DNA of 64,000 nucleotides from an uncultured Chloroflexia bacterium (GCA_963828165.1 CAWHDR010000001.1:1920001-1984000); one strand, 5' to 3'. Positions 1-9,703 are shown, counted from the stretch's first letter. Made by a program: numbers and translations. Notes: a model not told the origin generated them from the sequence alone.

Positions 1-576
1 CAGCGCGCCCAGCGGCTCGTCGAGGAGCAGCACCGTGGGCCGATTGACGAGCGCACGGGCCAGCGCGACGCGCTGTTGCTGCCCGCCCGACATCTCCCAG
101 GTTCGGCGCTTGCCGTATCCGGCGAGGCGCACGAGACCGAGGGCTTCGGTAACCCGGCGCTCCTCGTCGGCCTTGCCGACCTTGCGCTGGCGCAGCCCGT
201 ATCCGACGTTCTGGGCGACGTTCATGTGCGGGAACAGCGCGTAATGCTGGAAGACCGTGTTGACGTTGCGCTGATACGGCGGGACGCCCGCGATCGGCTG
301 GCCCGACAGCAGGATCTCGCCTTCTGTCGGCTGCTCGAATCCGGCGATCATCCGCAGCGTCGTGGTCTTGCCACAGCCGGACGGTCCCAGGAGCGAGTAG
401 AACGTGCCACGGGCGATCGAGAGGTCCATGGCGTCGACGGCCGTGACGGACCCGAAGCGCTTGGTCACGCCGATGATCTCGACGTCCGGGGCGGCCGCAC
501 CCGCGGTGATCGGGGCGACGGACCCGGCGGTCCCGCTCGTCGCGAGCGGGGCGTCAGAGGTCAGGGAGGCGGTCAA
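1..576 (-). CDS. potA: PotA-like spermidine/putrescine ABC transporter ATP-binding protein (3' part outside window)
   Basis: Manual minus-strand translation shows Walker [24 protein letters not shown], signature [15 protein letters not shown] and Walker [14 protein letters not shown] start at 576 follows a GAGGA RBS. Confidence 0.85.
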   Translation of the reverse strand, partial: MTASLTSDAPLATSGTAGSVAPITAGAAAPDVEIIGVTKRFGSVTAVDAMDLSIARGTFYSLLGPSGCGKTTTLRMIAGFEQPTEGEILLSGQPIAGVPPYQRNVNTVFQHYALFPHMNVAQNVGYGLRQRKVGKADEERRVTEALGLVRLAGYGKRRTWEMSGGQQQRVALARALVNRPTVLLLDEPLGAL

Positions 577-610
577 CGGCGGTCCTCGCGCATCGGTTCC
601 GGTCGCTGAT

Positions 611-634
611 CTACATCGCTGTAGCCGTGCTACA
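611..634. promoter_or_regulatory. Overlapping inverted repeats, candidate operator between potA-like gene and XRE regulator
   Basis: CTACA-N4-TGTAG (611-624) and TGTAGC-N3-GCTACA (620-634) in the divergent intergenic region. Confidence 0.45.
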
Positions 635-790
635 GGGTCGCTGCATCGTACGGGCGAGCCGAGCGCTCGTCAACGCGTCGCCCGTGCGAATCTCGTAGGT
701 GCGTCTGGGTGAAACGCGACGATGGACAGCGGTCCTGAACCTATACTTCAGGCAAATCGCAGTCGATCGCCCTCGACCCGGAGGACGCCC

Positions 791-1345
791 GTGGTCACCG
801 AGCTCCAGTTGGGGACCCGCATCCGATCCCTGCGCCAGGCGCGCCACCTGACCCTGCGGGAGGTGGCCGACCGCGCCGGCGTGACCGAGAGCTTCCTGTC
901 ACAGGTGGAGCGCGACGTGACGAGTCCGTCGATCGCCACCGTCCATCGCGTCGCCCGCGCGCTCGGCCTCTCGATCGCCCAGCTCTTCGCCGAAGATGCC
1001 GAAACGGGGCGTGTCGTCCGCCGGGAGGCCCGCCGGCGGATCGCCTACCCGGGACTTGGGGCCGTCGATGAGTTCCTCACCTCCAACCTGGCTGGACGCC
1101 TCCAGGTGATCATGTCGACGATCGATCCCGGGGGAGGCACCGGCCCCGAGCCATACACGCACGACTCGGACGAGGAGGTGGTCGTCGTGCTGAGCGGCGT
1201 CCTGGACCTGTGGGTCGCTGACGAGCATTACGTCCTGCGCGAGGGCGACGCGATCACATTCCCGTCGCGGCTTCCGCACTGGAACGCCAATCATGGCGAT
1301 GTACCGGCGACGGTGCTCTTCTGCCTGACGCCGCCGAGTTTCTGA
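791..1345 (+). CDS. XRE-family HTH plus cupin transcriptional regulator (PuuR-like)
   Basis: LGTRIRSLRQARHLTLREVADRAGVTESFLSQVERD HTH; C-terminal cupin HDSDEEVVVVLSG...GDAITFPSRLPH. GTG at 791 follows GAGGA; TATACT -10 at 742-747. Confidence 0.88.
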   Translation: MVTELQLGTRIRSLRQARHLTLREVADRAGVTESFLSQVERDVTSPSIATVHRVARALGLSIAQLFAEDAETGRVVRREARRRIAYPGLGAVDEFLTSNLAGRLQVIMSTIDPGGGTGPEPYTHDSDEEVVVVLSGVLDLWVADEHYVLREGDAITFPSRLPHWNANHGDVPATVLFCLTPPSF

Positions 1346-1367
1346 GCCGGTGCGGCGTCGCACCGGC
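1346..1367 (+). terminator. GC-rich hairpin after XRE gene
   Basis: GCCGGTGCG-gcgt-CGCACCGGC perfect 9-bp stem directly after the stop; no U-tract. Confidence 0.4.
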
Positions 1368-1441
1368 CGGACCATCGTGGCTGGTGCGCCGGGGACCTTC
1401 GACCGGGACCGACGGGCATCTACGGGGCGTAGGCTCATCGA

Positions 1442-2353
1442 ATGAACGCACGACGGGAAGTGCTGCCCCGCGTCCGCCGTTGGCTCGTTGCCGCCGGTCT
1501 TGGGCTGTCGCTGCTCGGATCCGTGCCATGGGCGGTCACAGCCGCCGAGGAACCAACGGCCGACCCGACGCCTGCGCCGACGGCCGAGCCGACGCCTTCG
1601 CCGGACCCGACCGCGACCCCGACTGCCGCGCCGACCGCGACCCCGACCGCCGCGCCGACCGCCAGCCCTACGCCAACCCCCACCGCGCGGCCCACGGCCA
1701 CACCCACGCCGCGCCCCACCACAGCCCCGACGGCAGCCCCGACACCGACGCCCGGCCCGACGCCACGCCGCACCCCGGTCATCACGAAGGTCAACCTCTA
1801 CCGCTCGACGGCGATGGTCCGCCAGTACACCAACTACTGGTGCGTGCCGGCGGCGACCCAATCCATGGTCAATCTCGTTCGCCGTACCTCCAACCGCAGT
1901 TACCGGACCCAGCAGTTCTATTACAAGAAGATCCGCATGCACAATCGCTACTCCTACCGGACGCGCGGCAACGATCCGCAAGGCTGGGCGTGGGGCCTGC
2001 GCTACTTCTCGCGCGGTACCGCGATGTACGCCCCGCGGGCGTACACGAACAAGCAGCAGGCGCTCGACTACATCGTCAAGTCGATCGCGCGCTACAAGGA
2101 CCCGGTCGGTGTCACCATCAAGAACGGGACCCACGCCTGGGTCGTCCTCGGCTATCGAACCAGCCACGACCCGATCGAGCCGACGAAGAAGACGATCCTG
2201 GGCTATTACGTCAGCGGCCCGTTGGGTTCGACGGCCGACAAGTGGCCGTATCGGTACCTGACCACGAGCCAGTTCAAGACGTACTTCACTCGCTATCACG
2301 AGTGGCAGCGCAAGGTCGTGTGGGAAGGCAAGTGGGTCGTCATCGCCCAGTGA
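1442..2353 (+). CDS. Secreted protein with Pro/Thr-rich stalk and papain-like (C39-like) domain
   Basis: N-terminal signal peptide, about 75 aa PT/PA repeats, then QYTNYWCVPAATQSM and THAWVVLGY (Gln/Cys/His pattern). Confidence 0.7.
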   Translation: MNARREVLPRVRRWLVAAGLGLSLLGSVPWAVTAAEEPTADPTPAPTAEPTPSPDPTATPTAAPTATPTAAPTASPTPTPTARPTATPTPRPTTAPTAAPTPTPGPTPRRTPVITKVNLYRSTAMVRQYTNYWCVPAATQSMVNLVRRTSNRSYRTQQFYYKKIRMHNRYSYRTRGNDPQGWAWGLRYFSRGTAMYAPRAYTNKQQALDYIVKSIARYKDPVGVTIKNGTHAWVVLGYRTSHDPIEPTKKTILGYYVSGPLGSTADKWPYRYLTTSQFKTYFTRYHEWQRKVVWEGKWVVIAQ

Positions 2354-2396
2354 GGCCCGGTTCGCGACCCTCCCGCGGCGCTACGATGACCACCAC

Positions 2397-3476
2397 ATGT
2401 ACGCCGTCATCATGGCCGGCGGCGGTGGGACCCGACTCCATCCCCTGAGCCGGCCCGAGCGCCCGAAGCCCTTCCTGCCGCTGCTCAACGACGAATCCCT
2501 GCTCCAGGCCACGGAGCGGCGGCTGCGGCGGCTGACCGACGACATCACGGTCGTGACCGAGAGTCGCTATGAGCGGCTGGTCCGCGACCAGCTCCCCGAA
2601 GCCGCCCTGCTCCTCGAGCCGATGGGGCGCAACACCGCGGCCGCGATCGCGCTCGCGACCATCGCCCTGGATCGGCCACCGGATGACGTCATGCTCGTCG
2701 TCCCGGCGGACGCGCACATCGATCCCGCGCGCGAAGAAATCTTCCAACACGTGCTGGAGATCGCTGCGGATCACCTCGCGACGGGGGCGTTCGAGATCGA
2801 CGCGCCCCTCGTGACGCTCGGGACACAGGTGATCCGCCCGGCCGTCGAGTACGGCTACCTCCTGCCGGACCTCGCGCGCGGCGCGGACATCGGCGATCCG
2901 GCCCGGCCGATCCGTGCGTATCCGCTCAAGGCGTTCGAGGAGAAGCCCAAACCGGATCGAGCCGAGGACCTGTTCAAACGCACCGAAGGTGCCGCCTGGA
3001 ACGCGGGCATGTTCCTGTGGCGCCGGCGGGCGATCCGAGCCGCGCTCATGCGGTACACGGGCCTCATCCAGTCCATCGAGCCGATGTTCGGCTCGGCGGA
3101 CCAGCTGGCCCACGCCTACGAGGCGATCCGCACGCCGCTCTCGATCGACCACGCCGTGATGGAGAGCGCGGCGCGCAATGGCGAAGTCGCGATGGCGTCG
3201 ATGGATGTCGGCTGGTCGGATCTCGGGTCGTGGTCGGCGTTGCTCGGCGCGCTCGGCGCTCGGGGTGAAGGGGCCGTCGTCCAGGCCGGCGAAACGGTCG
3301 TGGTCGGTGACGACGATCTCGTGGTTCGCCGGGTCGACGGACGGCTCGGGGTCATCGCCCCTCCGGAGCGCGGTAGCATGACGGCCACGCAGCCGATCGC
3401 GGTCCTTCGCGGATCGGCACCCGACATCGAGCGCATCCGCGAGCTCATCGACCGTTGCTCGCAGGCGGGAGGCTGA
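2397..3476 (+). CDS. manC: Mannose-1-phosphate guanylyltransferase
   Basis: MYAVIMAGGGGTRLHPLSRPERPKPFL, EPMGRNTAAAI, FEEKP, WNAGMF, SIDHAVME, GWSDLGSW. Confidence 0.88.
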   Translation: MYAVIMAGGGGTRLHPLSRPERPKPFLPLLNDESLLQATERRLRRLTDDITVVTESRYERLVRDQLPEAALLLEPMGRNTAAAIALATIALDRPPDDVMLVVPADAHIDPAREEIFQHVLEIAADHLATGAFEIDAPLVTLGTQVIRPAVEYGYLLPDLARGADIGDPARPIRAYPLKAFEEKPKPDRAEDLFKRTEGAAWNAGMFLWRRRAIRAALMRYTGLIQSIEPMFGSADQLAHAYEAIRTPLSIDHAVMESAARNGEVAMASMDVGWSDLGSWSALLGALGARGEGAVVQAGETVVVGDDDLVVRRVDGRLGVIAPPERGSMTATQPIAVLRGSAPDIERIRELIDRCSQAGG

Positions 3477-4958
3477 TTGACCACGACGGCCGGAGCGGCG
3501 ACGCCGACTTCCATCATCTTCGGCACGGATGGCTGGCGGGCACGCGTCGCCGACGAGTTCACCTTCGACAACGTGCGCCGCTGTGCCGACGGCGTCGCGC
3601 AGTACGTCACCGACGGGGGCGCGTCGGCGAAGGGCGTGGTCGTGGCATTCGACCGGCGCTTCGCGTCGGAGCACTTCGCGGAGGCTGCGGCAGAGATCCT
3701 GCTGGCCCGGGATATCCCGGTCTTCCTCGCGGTCCACGCCGTGCCGACCCAGATGAGCTCGTACGAGGTCGTCCAGCGAGGGGCGGCGGCGGGGATCGTG
3801 ATCACGGCCAGTCACAACCCGTGGGTGGACAACGGGTTCAAGATCAAGGCACCCACCGGCGCAGCCGCCGGTCCGGAGATCCTGGCGGCCGTCGAGGCCC
3901 GGCTCGCCGTCAATGGCCACGAGCGGCTCGACCGCCGGTCATTGGCGGACGCCGAGGCCGCCGGGCTCGTCGAGCGCTTCGACCCGTTCGATGGGTACGA
4001 GGCGTTCGTTCGGAGGACGGTGGACCTGGATGCGCTCCGGGCGGCCGATCTCAACGTCCTCGTCGACCCGTTGTGGGGGGCCGGGTCGGGCTGGCTGAGC
4101 CGCCTGCTCGCGGGTGGGCGCATCCGGATCGACGAGATCCACCAGGAGCGCAATCCCTACTTCGGTGGCGTCAACCCCGAGCCCATCCGTCCGAACATCG
4201 ATGAGGCGCTCGGCCTTCTCGAGCGTGGCACGTACGACCTGGGACTCCTGCTCGACGGCGACGCGGACCGTGCTGGAGCCGCGGACGAGCGGGGGACGTT
4301 CATCCACCAGCTCGAGGTCACGGGGCTCCTGATGTACTACCTCGCCGAGCATCGCGGCTGGCGCGACCCGGTCGTGGTCAGCGTGAACAACACATCCATG
4401 GCCGCCCGCCTGGGCGAGCGGTTCGGGATCGAGACCCACGAGACTCCGGTCGGATTCAAGTTCATCGGTCCCAGGATGATCGAGACCGGCGCGATGATGG
4501 GGGCCGAGGAGTCGGGAGGCTTCGGTTTCGGGATGCACCTGCCCGAGCGGGACGGGATCTACGCGGACCTGCTGCTCCTCGACCTGTTCATGCGCGAGCG
4601 AGCCGCCGGCCGCTGGCCGGTGTCGGTCGCCATGCAGCACTTTCACGAGGTCGCGGGCCCGTCGTTCTATCGCCGCATCGACGTCCACGTGGATCGCGCC
4701 GAGTACGCCAACGTCAAGCGACGGCTCCTCGTGGACCTCGCCGCTGACTCGCCGACGGAGCTAGCTGGCGAAGCAGTCGACCACACGGTCGCGCTGGACA
4801 CCGGTGATGGGTACAAGTTCTTCCTGGCAGACGGCTCATGGCTGCTGATCCGCGCGTCGGGTACGGAGCCGCTGGTCCGCGTGTACACGGAGGCGACCGC
4901 TCCGGAGCTGCGGGAGGCGTTGCTCGTCGCGGGCGAGGCCCTGGTCCGCGGCTCGTGA
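3477..4958 (+). CDS. Phosphomannomutase/phosphoglucomutase
   Basis: FGTDGWR, ITASHNP phosphoserine loop, DGDADR metal loop, GAEESGG, RASGTEPLVRVYTE. Confidence 0.92.
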   Translation: MTTTAGAATPTSIIFGTDGWRARVADEFTFDNVRRCADGVAQYVTDGGASAKGVVVAFDRRFASEHFAEAAAEILLARDIPVFLAVHAVPTQMSSYEVVQRGAAAGIVITASHNPWVDNGFKIKAPTGAAAGPEILAAVEARLAVNGHERLDRRSLADAEAAGLVERFDPFDGYEAFVRRTVDLDALRAADLNVLVDPLWGAGSGWLSRLLAGGRIRIDEIHQERNPYFGGVNPEPIRPNIDEALGLLERGTYDLGLLLDGDADRAGAADERGTFIHQLEVTGLLMYYLAEHRGWRDPVVVSVNNTSMAARLGERFGIETHETPVGFKFIGPRMIETGAMMGAEESGGFGFGMHLPERDGIYADLLLLDLFMRERAAGRWPVSVAMQHFHEVAGPSFYRRIDVHVDRAEYANVKRRLLVDLAADSPTELAGEAVDHTVALDTGDGYKFFLADGSWLLIRASGTEPLVRVYTEATAPELREALLVAGEALVRGS

Positions 4959-5332
4959 CGACGGACGACGGGACTGCCCGGCGGGTCGACAAGCCGTGGG
5001 GCCACGAGCTCATCTGGGCCCACACCGACCAGTACGTGGGCAAGGTCCTGGTCATCGAGACGGGCAAACGCCTGTCGCTGCAGCGGCACGAGATCAAGGA
5101 CGAGACGATCCTCGTGCACTCGGGGCGGCTGCGACTCTTCCTCGAGGACGACGACGGCGTCGTCCGAGAGTCGGAGCTGGGGCCGGGCCAGCATCGGCGA
5201 GTCCCGACCGGTCGGGTGCACCGATACGAGGCCATCGAGCGCTGCGAGCTCATCGAAGTGTCGACCCCGGAGCTCGACGACGTGGTCCGTCTCGAGGACG
5301 ATTTCGGGCGGGAGGGTACTAGCGCCCCGTAA
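4955..5332 (+). CDS. Stand-alone cupin, type II mannose-6-phosphate isomerase-like domain
   Basis: VDKPWGHE, LSLQRHEIKDET, HRYEA, EVSTPELDDVVRLEDDFGR; GTGA overlap with the upstream stop. Confidence 0.8.
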   Translation: MTTDDGTARRVDKPWGHELIWAHTDQYVGKVLVIETGKRLSLQRHEIKDETILVHSGRLRLFLEDDDGVVRESELGPGQHRRVPTGRVHRYEAIERCELIEVSTPELDDVVRLEDDFGREGTSAP

Positions 5333-5474
5333 CGCCCCGATAGGATGATTTCCGGGGGTGACCGCTGGGGTCGCGCGGTGTAGGCTGAAGGCACGCGACC
5401 GCCACCACCGGTCGAAGGTGCAGACCGGACGGCGGCCTCGTCAGCGCCCCCAGGGGCGACGGAGGTTTGGACCG

Positions 5475-5753
5475 ATGCACAGCTCACTGATCGGCAAGGT
5501 CGAGAAGGCGAATCGGTACGCGCGAGAACTCGATCGGATCACGGTCGACCGCCTGTCCCTCACCTTCCGCGGCGACAACGACACGCACCATGTCGCCCTC
5601 GATGCCGGCCAGTGGCGTTGCACCTGCCACTACTTCGAGAGTTGGGGTTCCTGCGTCCATCTCCTCACGCTGCAGAAGGTGATGGGGGTCATGCTGCCCG
5701 AGGAGGCGCAGGTCTCGATCTTCTCGGCCGGGGAGGCCGTCCCGACCTCCTGA
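5475..5753 (+). CDS. Small SWIM zinc-finger protein
   Basis: WRCTCHYFESWGSCVH (CxC-x8-CxH); GGAGG RBS at 5461. Confidence 0.75.
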   Translation: MHSSLIGKVEKANRYARELDRITVDRLSLTFRGDNDTHHVALDAGQWRCTCHYFESWGSCVHLLTLQKVMGVMLPEEAQVSIFSAGEAVPTS

Positions 5754-5756
5754 TCC

Positions 5757-5776
5757 CGGGACGCGTCCGCGTCCCG
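5757..5776. terminator. Palindrome between convergent genes
   Basis: CGGGACGCG-tc-CGCGTCCCG between stops at 5753 (+) and 5781 (-). Confidence 0.45.
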
Positions 5777-5780
5777 CTCG

Positions 5781-6740
5781 TTACCTGAGCCAGGCGACCT
5801 CGCCGCCACGAGTGGCGAGCACACGGCGCCATCCATCGGCGCCGTCGTGGACGTGGGACTCGGTCGTTCCGTCCTCGCGGAGCCAGACGATCGCCAGCCG
5901 TCGCCCGGTTGCATCGAGCGCCAGCCTGATCGCTTCCGTAAAGCCCTCCGGAACGTCGACGGAACCGATCGACGTGCCGTCGTCAGCGAGCCAGCCCTTC
6001 GACGAGCGGAGGACGACGGGCTTTCCGGCTCCGGCCGATGTCGCGACGACGGTGCCGTCAGCGGACGTCGCCAGGTGGAGCTCACCCGCCGGACCCTTCG
6101 CGATCTTTCCGTTGCTCGTGTCGAGCACGTTCGAGACCGGCTCCTGGACACGCCCTCGCACCAGGGCCAGCCGGTTATCGTCCAACCAGACCGGTGCGTC
6201 CGCGAGCAGGGGCATGTCGAGTGGGATCGTGGTCAGCGTTCCTTCCTTCGGATCGACCAGCAGCAGGGAGTAGTCGCCGCGATCGCCACTGAACGCCGCG
6301 AACCGGCGTCCCGACGGGTCCCAGGTCGCGGACCAGATCCGTGGCGGGAGGGACGCCCCGGACTCGTCCTTGACCTCTACGGGTCGCCATTCGAGCGACG
6401 CGACGTCGACCGCCGACCCGCGAGGATCGACCGGATCGCTCGTGACCATGCCTCCGTCCGCCGTCGTCGCGACCAGAATGCCGCCGCGACCAGCCGAGAT
6501 CCAGGTCGCCCCATCGGCTGGCAGCGGCAGGCCGATCGCGACGGCACCGTCCGACTCCGGCCTGGTTGCAAGGACGTCCAGACTCGCGGGTTCGTCCGTG
6601 GCCAGAACGAGGAGGCCGTCGGCCGGCTGCTCGGCGGCGCCCGCGTCGGCCTGGCAGGCGGCGAGGAGGAGTAGGACGGCGAGGGTCGCCGCGGCGCGGC
6701 GACCGGGTCGACTGGCGAGGGTGGCCAGCGAGGAGCCCAT
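5781..6740 (-). CDS. Putative lipoprotein, TolB/WD40-like beta-propeller
   Basis: Lipobox LLLLAAC; repeats ATWDPSGRRFAA, PVWLDDNRL, SADGTVVA, LDATGRRLAI. Confidence 0.65.
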   Translation of the reverse strand: MGSSLATLASRPGRRAAATLAVLLLLAACQADAGAAEQPADGLLVLATDEPASLDVLATRPESDGAVAIGLPLPADGATWISAGRGGILVATTADGGMVTSDPVDPRGSAVDVASLEWRPVEVKDESGASLPPRIWSATWDPSGRRFAAFSGDRGDYSLLLVDPKEGTLTTIPLDMPLLADAPVWLDDNRLALVRGRVQEPVSNVLDTSNGKIAKGPAGELHLATSADGTVVATSAGAGKPVVLRSSKGWLADDGTSIGSVDVPEGFTEAIRLALDATGRRLAIVWLREDGTTESHVHDGADGWRRVLATRGGEVAWLR

Positions 6741-6768
6741 CCGCGGCAGTGTGCCACCCCCGAGCGGT

Positions 6769-7359
6769 TCACTCCACTTCGAGACGCCAGAAGTAGCGGG
6801 CGTCGCCGACTCCGGGAGCGAACTGGACGAACACCTCGACGGTCCATGCCCCCGGTTCTGGGGCGTCGAATCGGGGGTTCCCGGCGCCTTCGCCGAGCGA
6901 GGTCGCGTCCTCCGGGCCGCCAGCGGCCGACGGGACGTAGCGAGCGGTCCATGCCCGGATCTCACCGTCCGGCACGAGCGTGACGCTCAACGGCTCGCCG
7001 ACCCCGACCGCAAGCGGAGCGCCCGGGAGCCACGGGGAATCACTGCCCGACTCGAGCCAGACGTACGTGCCGAGCTGACCGGCGACGGGATCACCGCCCT
7101 CCGCTGTCAGGAGGGCATCCGGCGGAGCATCCCGACCCGGGACGGTGGGTGACGGCCCGCTTGGGGTCGCGGGGATTCCGGAGGCCGACGGCGTCACCAG
7201 GGACGCCGTCGCCGGGGCTGCGGTCCCGTCCGATGCCGTCGCCGCAGGGATGCCCGCCATCGGCGTCGGCGCTGGTCCGCAAGCGAGGACGAGCCCAGCC
7301 AGGATCGCCACCGCGACGGGTATGCCGGCCAGGTTGGAGAACGACGATCTGGGCGCCAC
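6769..7359 (-). CDS. Putative lipoprotein with P/A/T linker and small beta-rich domain
   Basis: Lipobox LVLAC; GGAG RBS upstream; C-terminal PGAWTVEVFVQF...YFWRLEVE. Confidence 0.65.
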   Translation of the reverse strand: MAPRSSFSNLAGIPVAVAILAGLVLACGPAPTPMAGIPAATASDGTAAPATASLVTPSASGIPATPSGPSPTVPGRDAPPDALLTAEGGDPVAGQLGTYVWLESGSDSPWLPGAPLAVGVGEPLSVTLVPDGEIRAWTARYVPSAAGGPEDATSLGEGAGNPRFDAPEPGAWTVEVFVQFAPGVGDARYFWRLEVE

Positions 7360-7380
7360 CGGATCTCCTTCCCTTTCCCG

Positions 7381-8445
7381 TCAGCGGCCGCTGATGGGCA
7401 TGGGGCAATGGGTGCCCGAGCACGGGGCCACGGTCACCGACACCGTCGGGCTCACGTCGCCGCGCAGCCCTTCGTTGGTCGGGGTCGAGAAGACCGCCCG
7501 GAAGTCCGCCGAGCCGTAAAGGCGCAGCGCGCTGACGTAGGTACCGGTGGGCGTGGTGTACGGCATCGTCGCGATCGTGGTCCACGTGGTCCCACCCGGC
7601 GGCCGGCGTTGCAGCCTGATCGTCCGACGGGAGACGGGATTGCCACTGAGACGGCCGTAATCCGCGTCCGTGAGGACCTCGAGGAAGGCCGTGAACGTCT
7701 CCGTGCCGCCATACGGGAGCGTGGTGTCGTTGCCGCTCAGCGAGAGCTTCGTCGGAAGGTCCAGGCACGTTGAGTACGGGAACGACGCGTGCTGGGTGTC
7801 GTACCGGATCTGGAGCCGGGCCACGTCGCAGACACCCAGGACGTGCATGTCGAAGCCTTCACGGGGCTTCGTCCGCGAGAACGTCTGCACGACGGCATCC
7901 GTGTAGTCGCGATCGTCCGCAAAGTTGAGGTGGTGACCGAGCCCCTCGATGTGGCCGAACTCATCGAGCGCCACCGTTTCCGCGTCGTAGCAGCCGTTCG
8001 GCGCGCTCGTGTACATCTGGCACCACCTGAGCGTGCCCCAGTCAAAGACCCGGCCATGCTCGCGGAACCACATGGTGAACCCGTCCGGGGCGTCCCGCGT
8101 GAAACACGCCAGCCCGTTCACGCCGCATGTCCCGGTCCCATAGCCGATCGGGTTCGTCCCGGCGGTGTCGTAAGCGAAGAGCGCCGCACGAGACGCTCGC
8201 GTGGCCTCGATATCATCGGCGGCCGCGTTGACCGCGATGCGGATGGGGGCAGGTGGTACGGCGCCCGTCCGCCAGTCGTACTTGAGCGTTCCGTCCTGCG
8301 GGAAGGTCCCACTGCCGAGCGACGGATCTGGTGCGTGTGCCGTTGTCGGCGCCGTCATCGGATGGCTCATCGCGATCGCGATGGCAAGGTTCAGGAGCAG
8401 GGACAGCGCGCGCCGTCCGGGTCGACTCCGGGAGATCATCGCCAC
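7381..8445 (-). CDS. Secreted metzincin/matrixin-like protein with C-terminal Ig-like domain
   Basis: Signal peptide; motif VALDEFGHIEGLGHH resembles HExxHxxGxxH; several Cys residues; C-terminal beta-sandwich-like region. Confidence 0.6.
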   Translation of the reverse strand: MAMISRSRPGRRALSLLLNLAIAIAMSHPMTAPTTAHAPDPSLGSGTFPQDGTLKYDWRTGAVPPAPIRIAVNAAADDIEATRASRAALFAYDTAGTNPIGYGTGTCGVNGLACFTRDAPDGFTMWFREHGRVFDWGTLRWCQMYTSAPNGCYDAETVALDEFGHIEGLGHHLNFADDRDYTDAVVQTFSRTKPREGFDMHVLGVCDVARLQIRYDTQHASFPYSTCLDLPTKLSLSGNDTTLPYGGTETFTAFLEVLTDADYGRLSGNPVSRRTIRLQRRPPGGTTWTTIATMPYTTPTGTYVSALRLYGSADFRAVFSTPTNEGLRGDVSPTVSVTVAPCSGTHCPMPISGR

Positions 8446-9552
8446 ACCTCGTCGAGCTGGACGGTGCGTCCGTCCTGGACGTGGCGGAGCAGCGGTCGGA
8501 GCGAGCCATCGATCGGCAGGCGTCCGTCCGGGCCGAACAGGAGCCAGCCCGGGGGATGCTCGGCGCCGCCGCCGGAACGAGCAGGACCTGGCACCAGCCG
8601 GCGACCGTCGCGATCGCCGTCGATCAGCCGCGGGCCACGGCCATCGAGCCCGACCACTCGCAGGTGGTCGCCATCAGCGCCGACCTCGTGAACGACGATC
8701 GATCGTCCCTCTGCGTCACGGCTCAGCACCGCCTGGCCGGCGGCTGGATCGAGGATCAGCGTGGCGGCCGTCACGACGTCCACGGAGAGCAGCGGGCAGG
8801 GAAGCCCACGGCAGGCGCCGTGCGCGACCAGGCGATCCCCGTCGAACCCGACGACGTCACCGAGCGCTGGATCGGCGACGTTCCGGAGGCGGCCATCTCG
8901 CGGGTCGAGGATTCGGACGCGGCATGCGATCTCGCCGCACGACTGCACCGCCAGCGATCGGCGGTCCTCGGCCCAGACGAAGGTCGTGATCCAGGTAGGG
9001 CCGAAGCGACCGTCGGCCGCGATCGGCGGCAACACGCGCGACGGAGCCTCCTTGCCATCGAGCGCCCGTTGCCAGACACCAAGGTCGGCGCGGGTCCTCC
9101 GGTCGACGCGGAACTCGTAGAGGGTCGAGCCATCAGCGCTGAGCGTTGCCGTCCGGACCACGTCGGTCGTGTCGACCAGCGGCCAGGCACAGCCGCGGAT
9201 CGTATCGACCAGCGACAGCCGGGAGCGACGGCCGTCATCCGTGCCGACCAGCGTCGCGCCGCCGAACGGACCGGCCGCGAACGACTCCGCATCCAGATCG
9301 AGCGCACGCGTGCTGCGATCGCCGGGACGTCCGACGATCAGCCGCTGGCCGATCCGGGTGCCGGCGCCGATGACCGGATCGATCCGGTACCAGCTCGCCG
9401 GGCGCCGATGCGCCGATCCGAGGCAGGCCGGCACACACCTCCGGGGTCCAGGCGCGACCAGGCGCGCCCACCACCGTGGTGGCAATGAGCGCGATCCCAC
9501 CGAGGGCAGCGGCCGCCGGTCCGGCACGACGAAACCAACGTGACTCCACCAT
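8436..9552 (-). pseudogene. Secreted beta-propeller-like protein split by a frameshift near 9395 (pseudogene or sequencing error)
   Basis: GGAGGAGG RBS and ATG at 9552 give the signal peptide MVESRWFRRAGPAAAALGGIALIATT; the plausible protein continues in another frame from WYRIDP to 8436 (LSADGSTLY, WAEDRRSLAVQSC). Confidence 0.6.
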
Positions 9553-9703
9553 GGTCCGATGACCTCCTCCGGCGGCTGGACGATGGCGGGAGGAGGGCGA
9601 GGTCGGCATCGTAGGTAGCCGCCCTTCACCGCTGCTTATCTGGTCGCCGGCGGCAGGCGAAATGCGGCCGCCGACGCCGGCCGGGGGCCCCGCCCAGGCG
9701 GTG

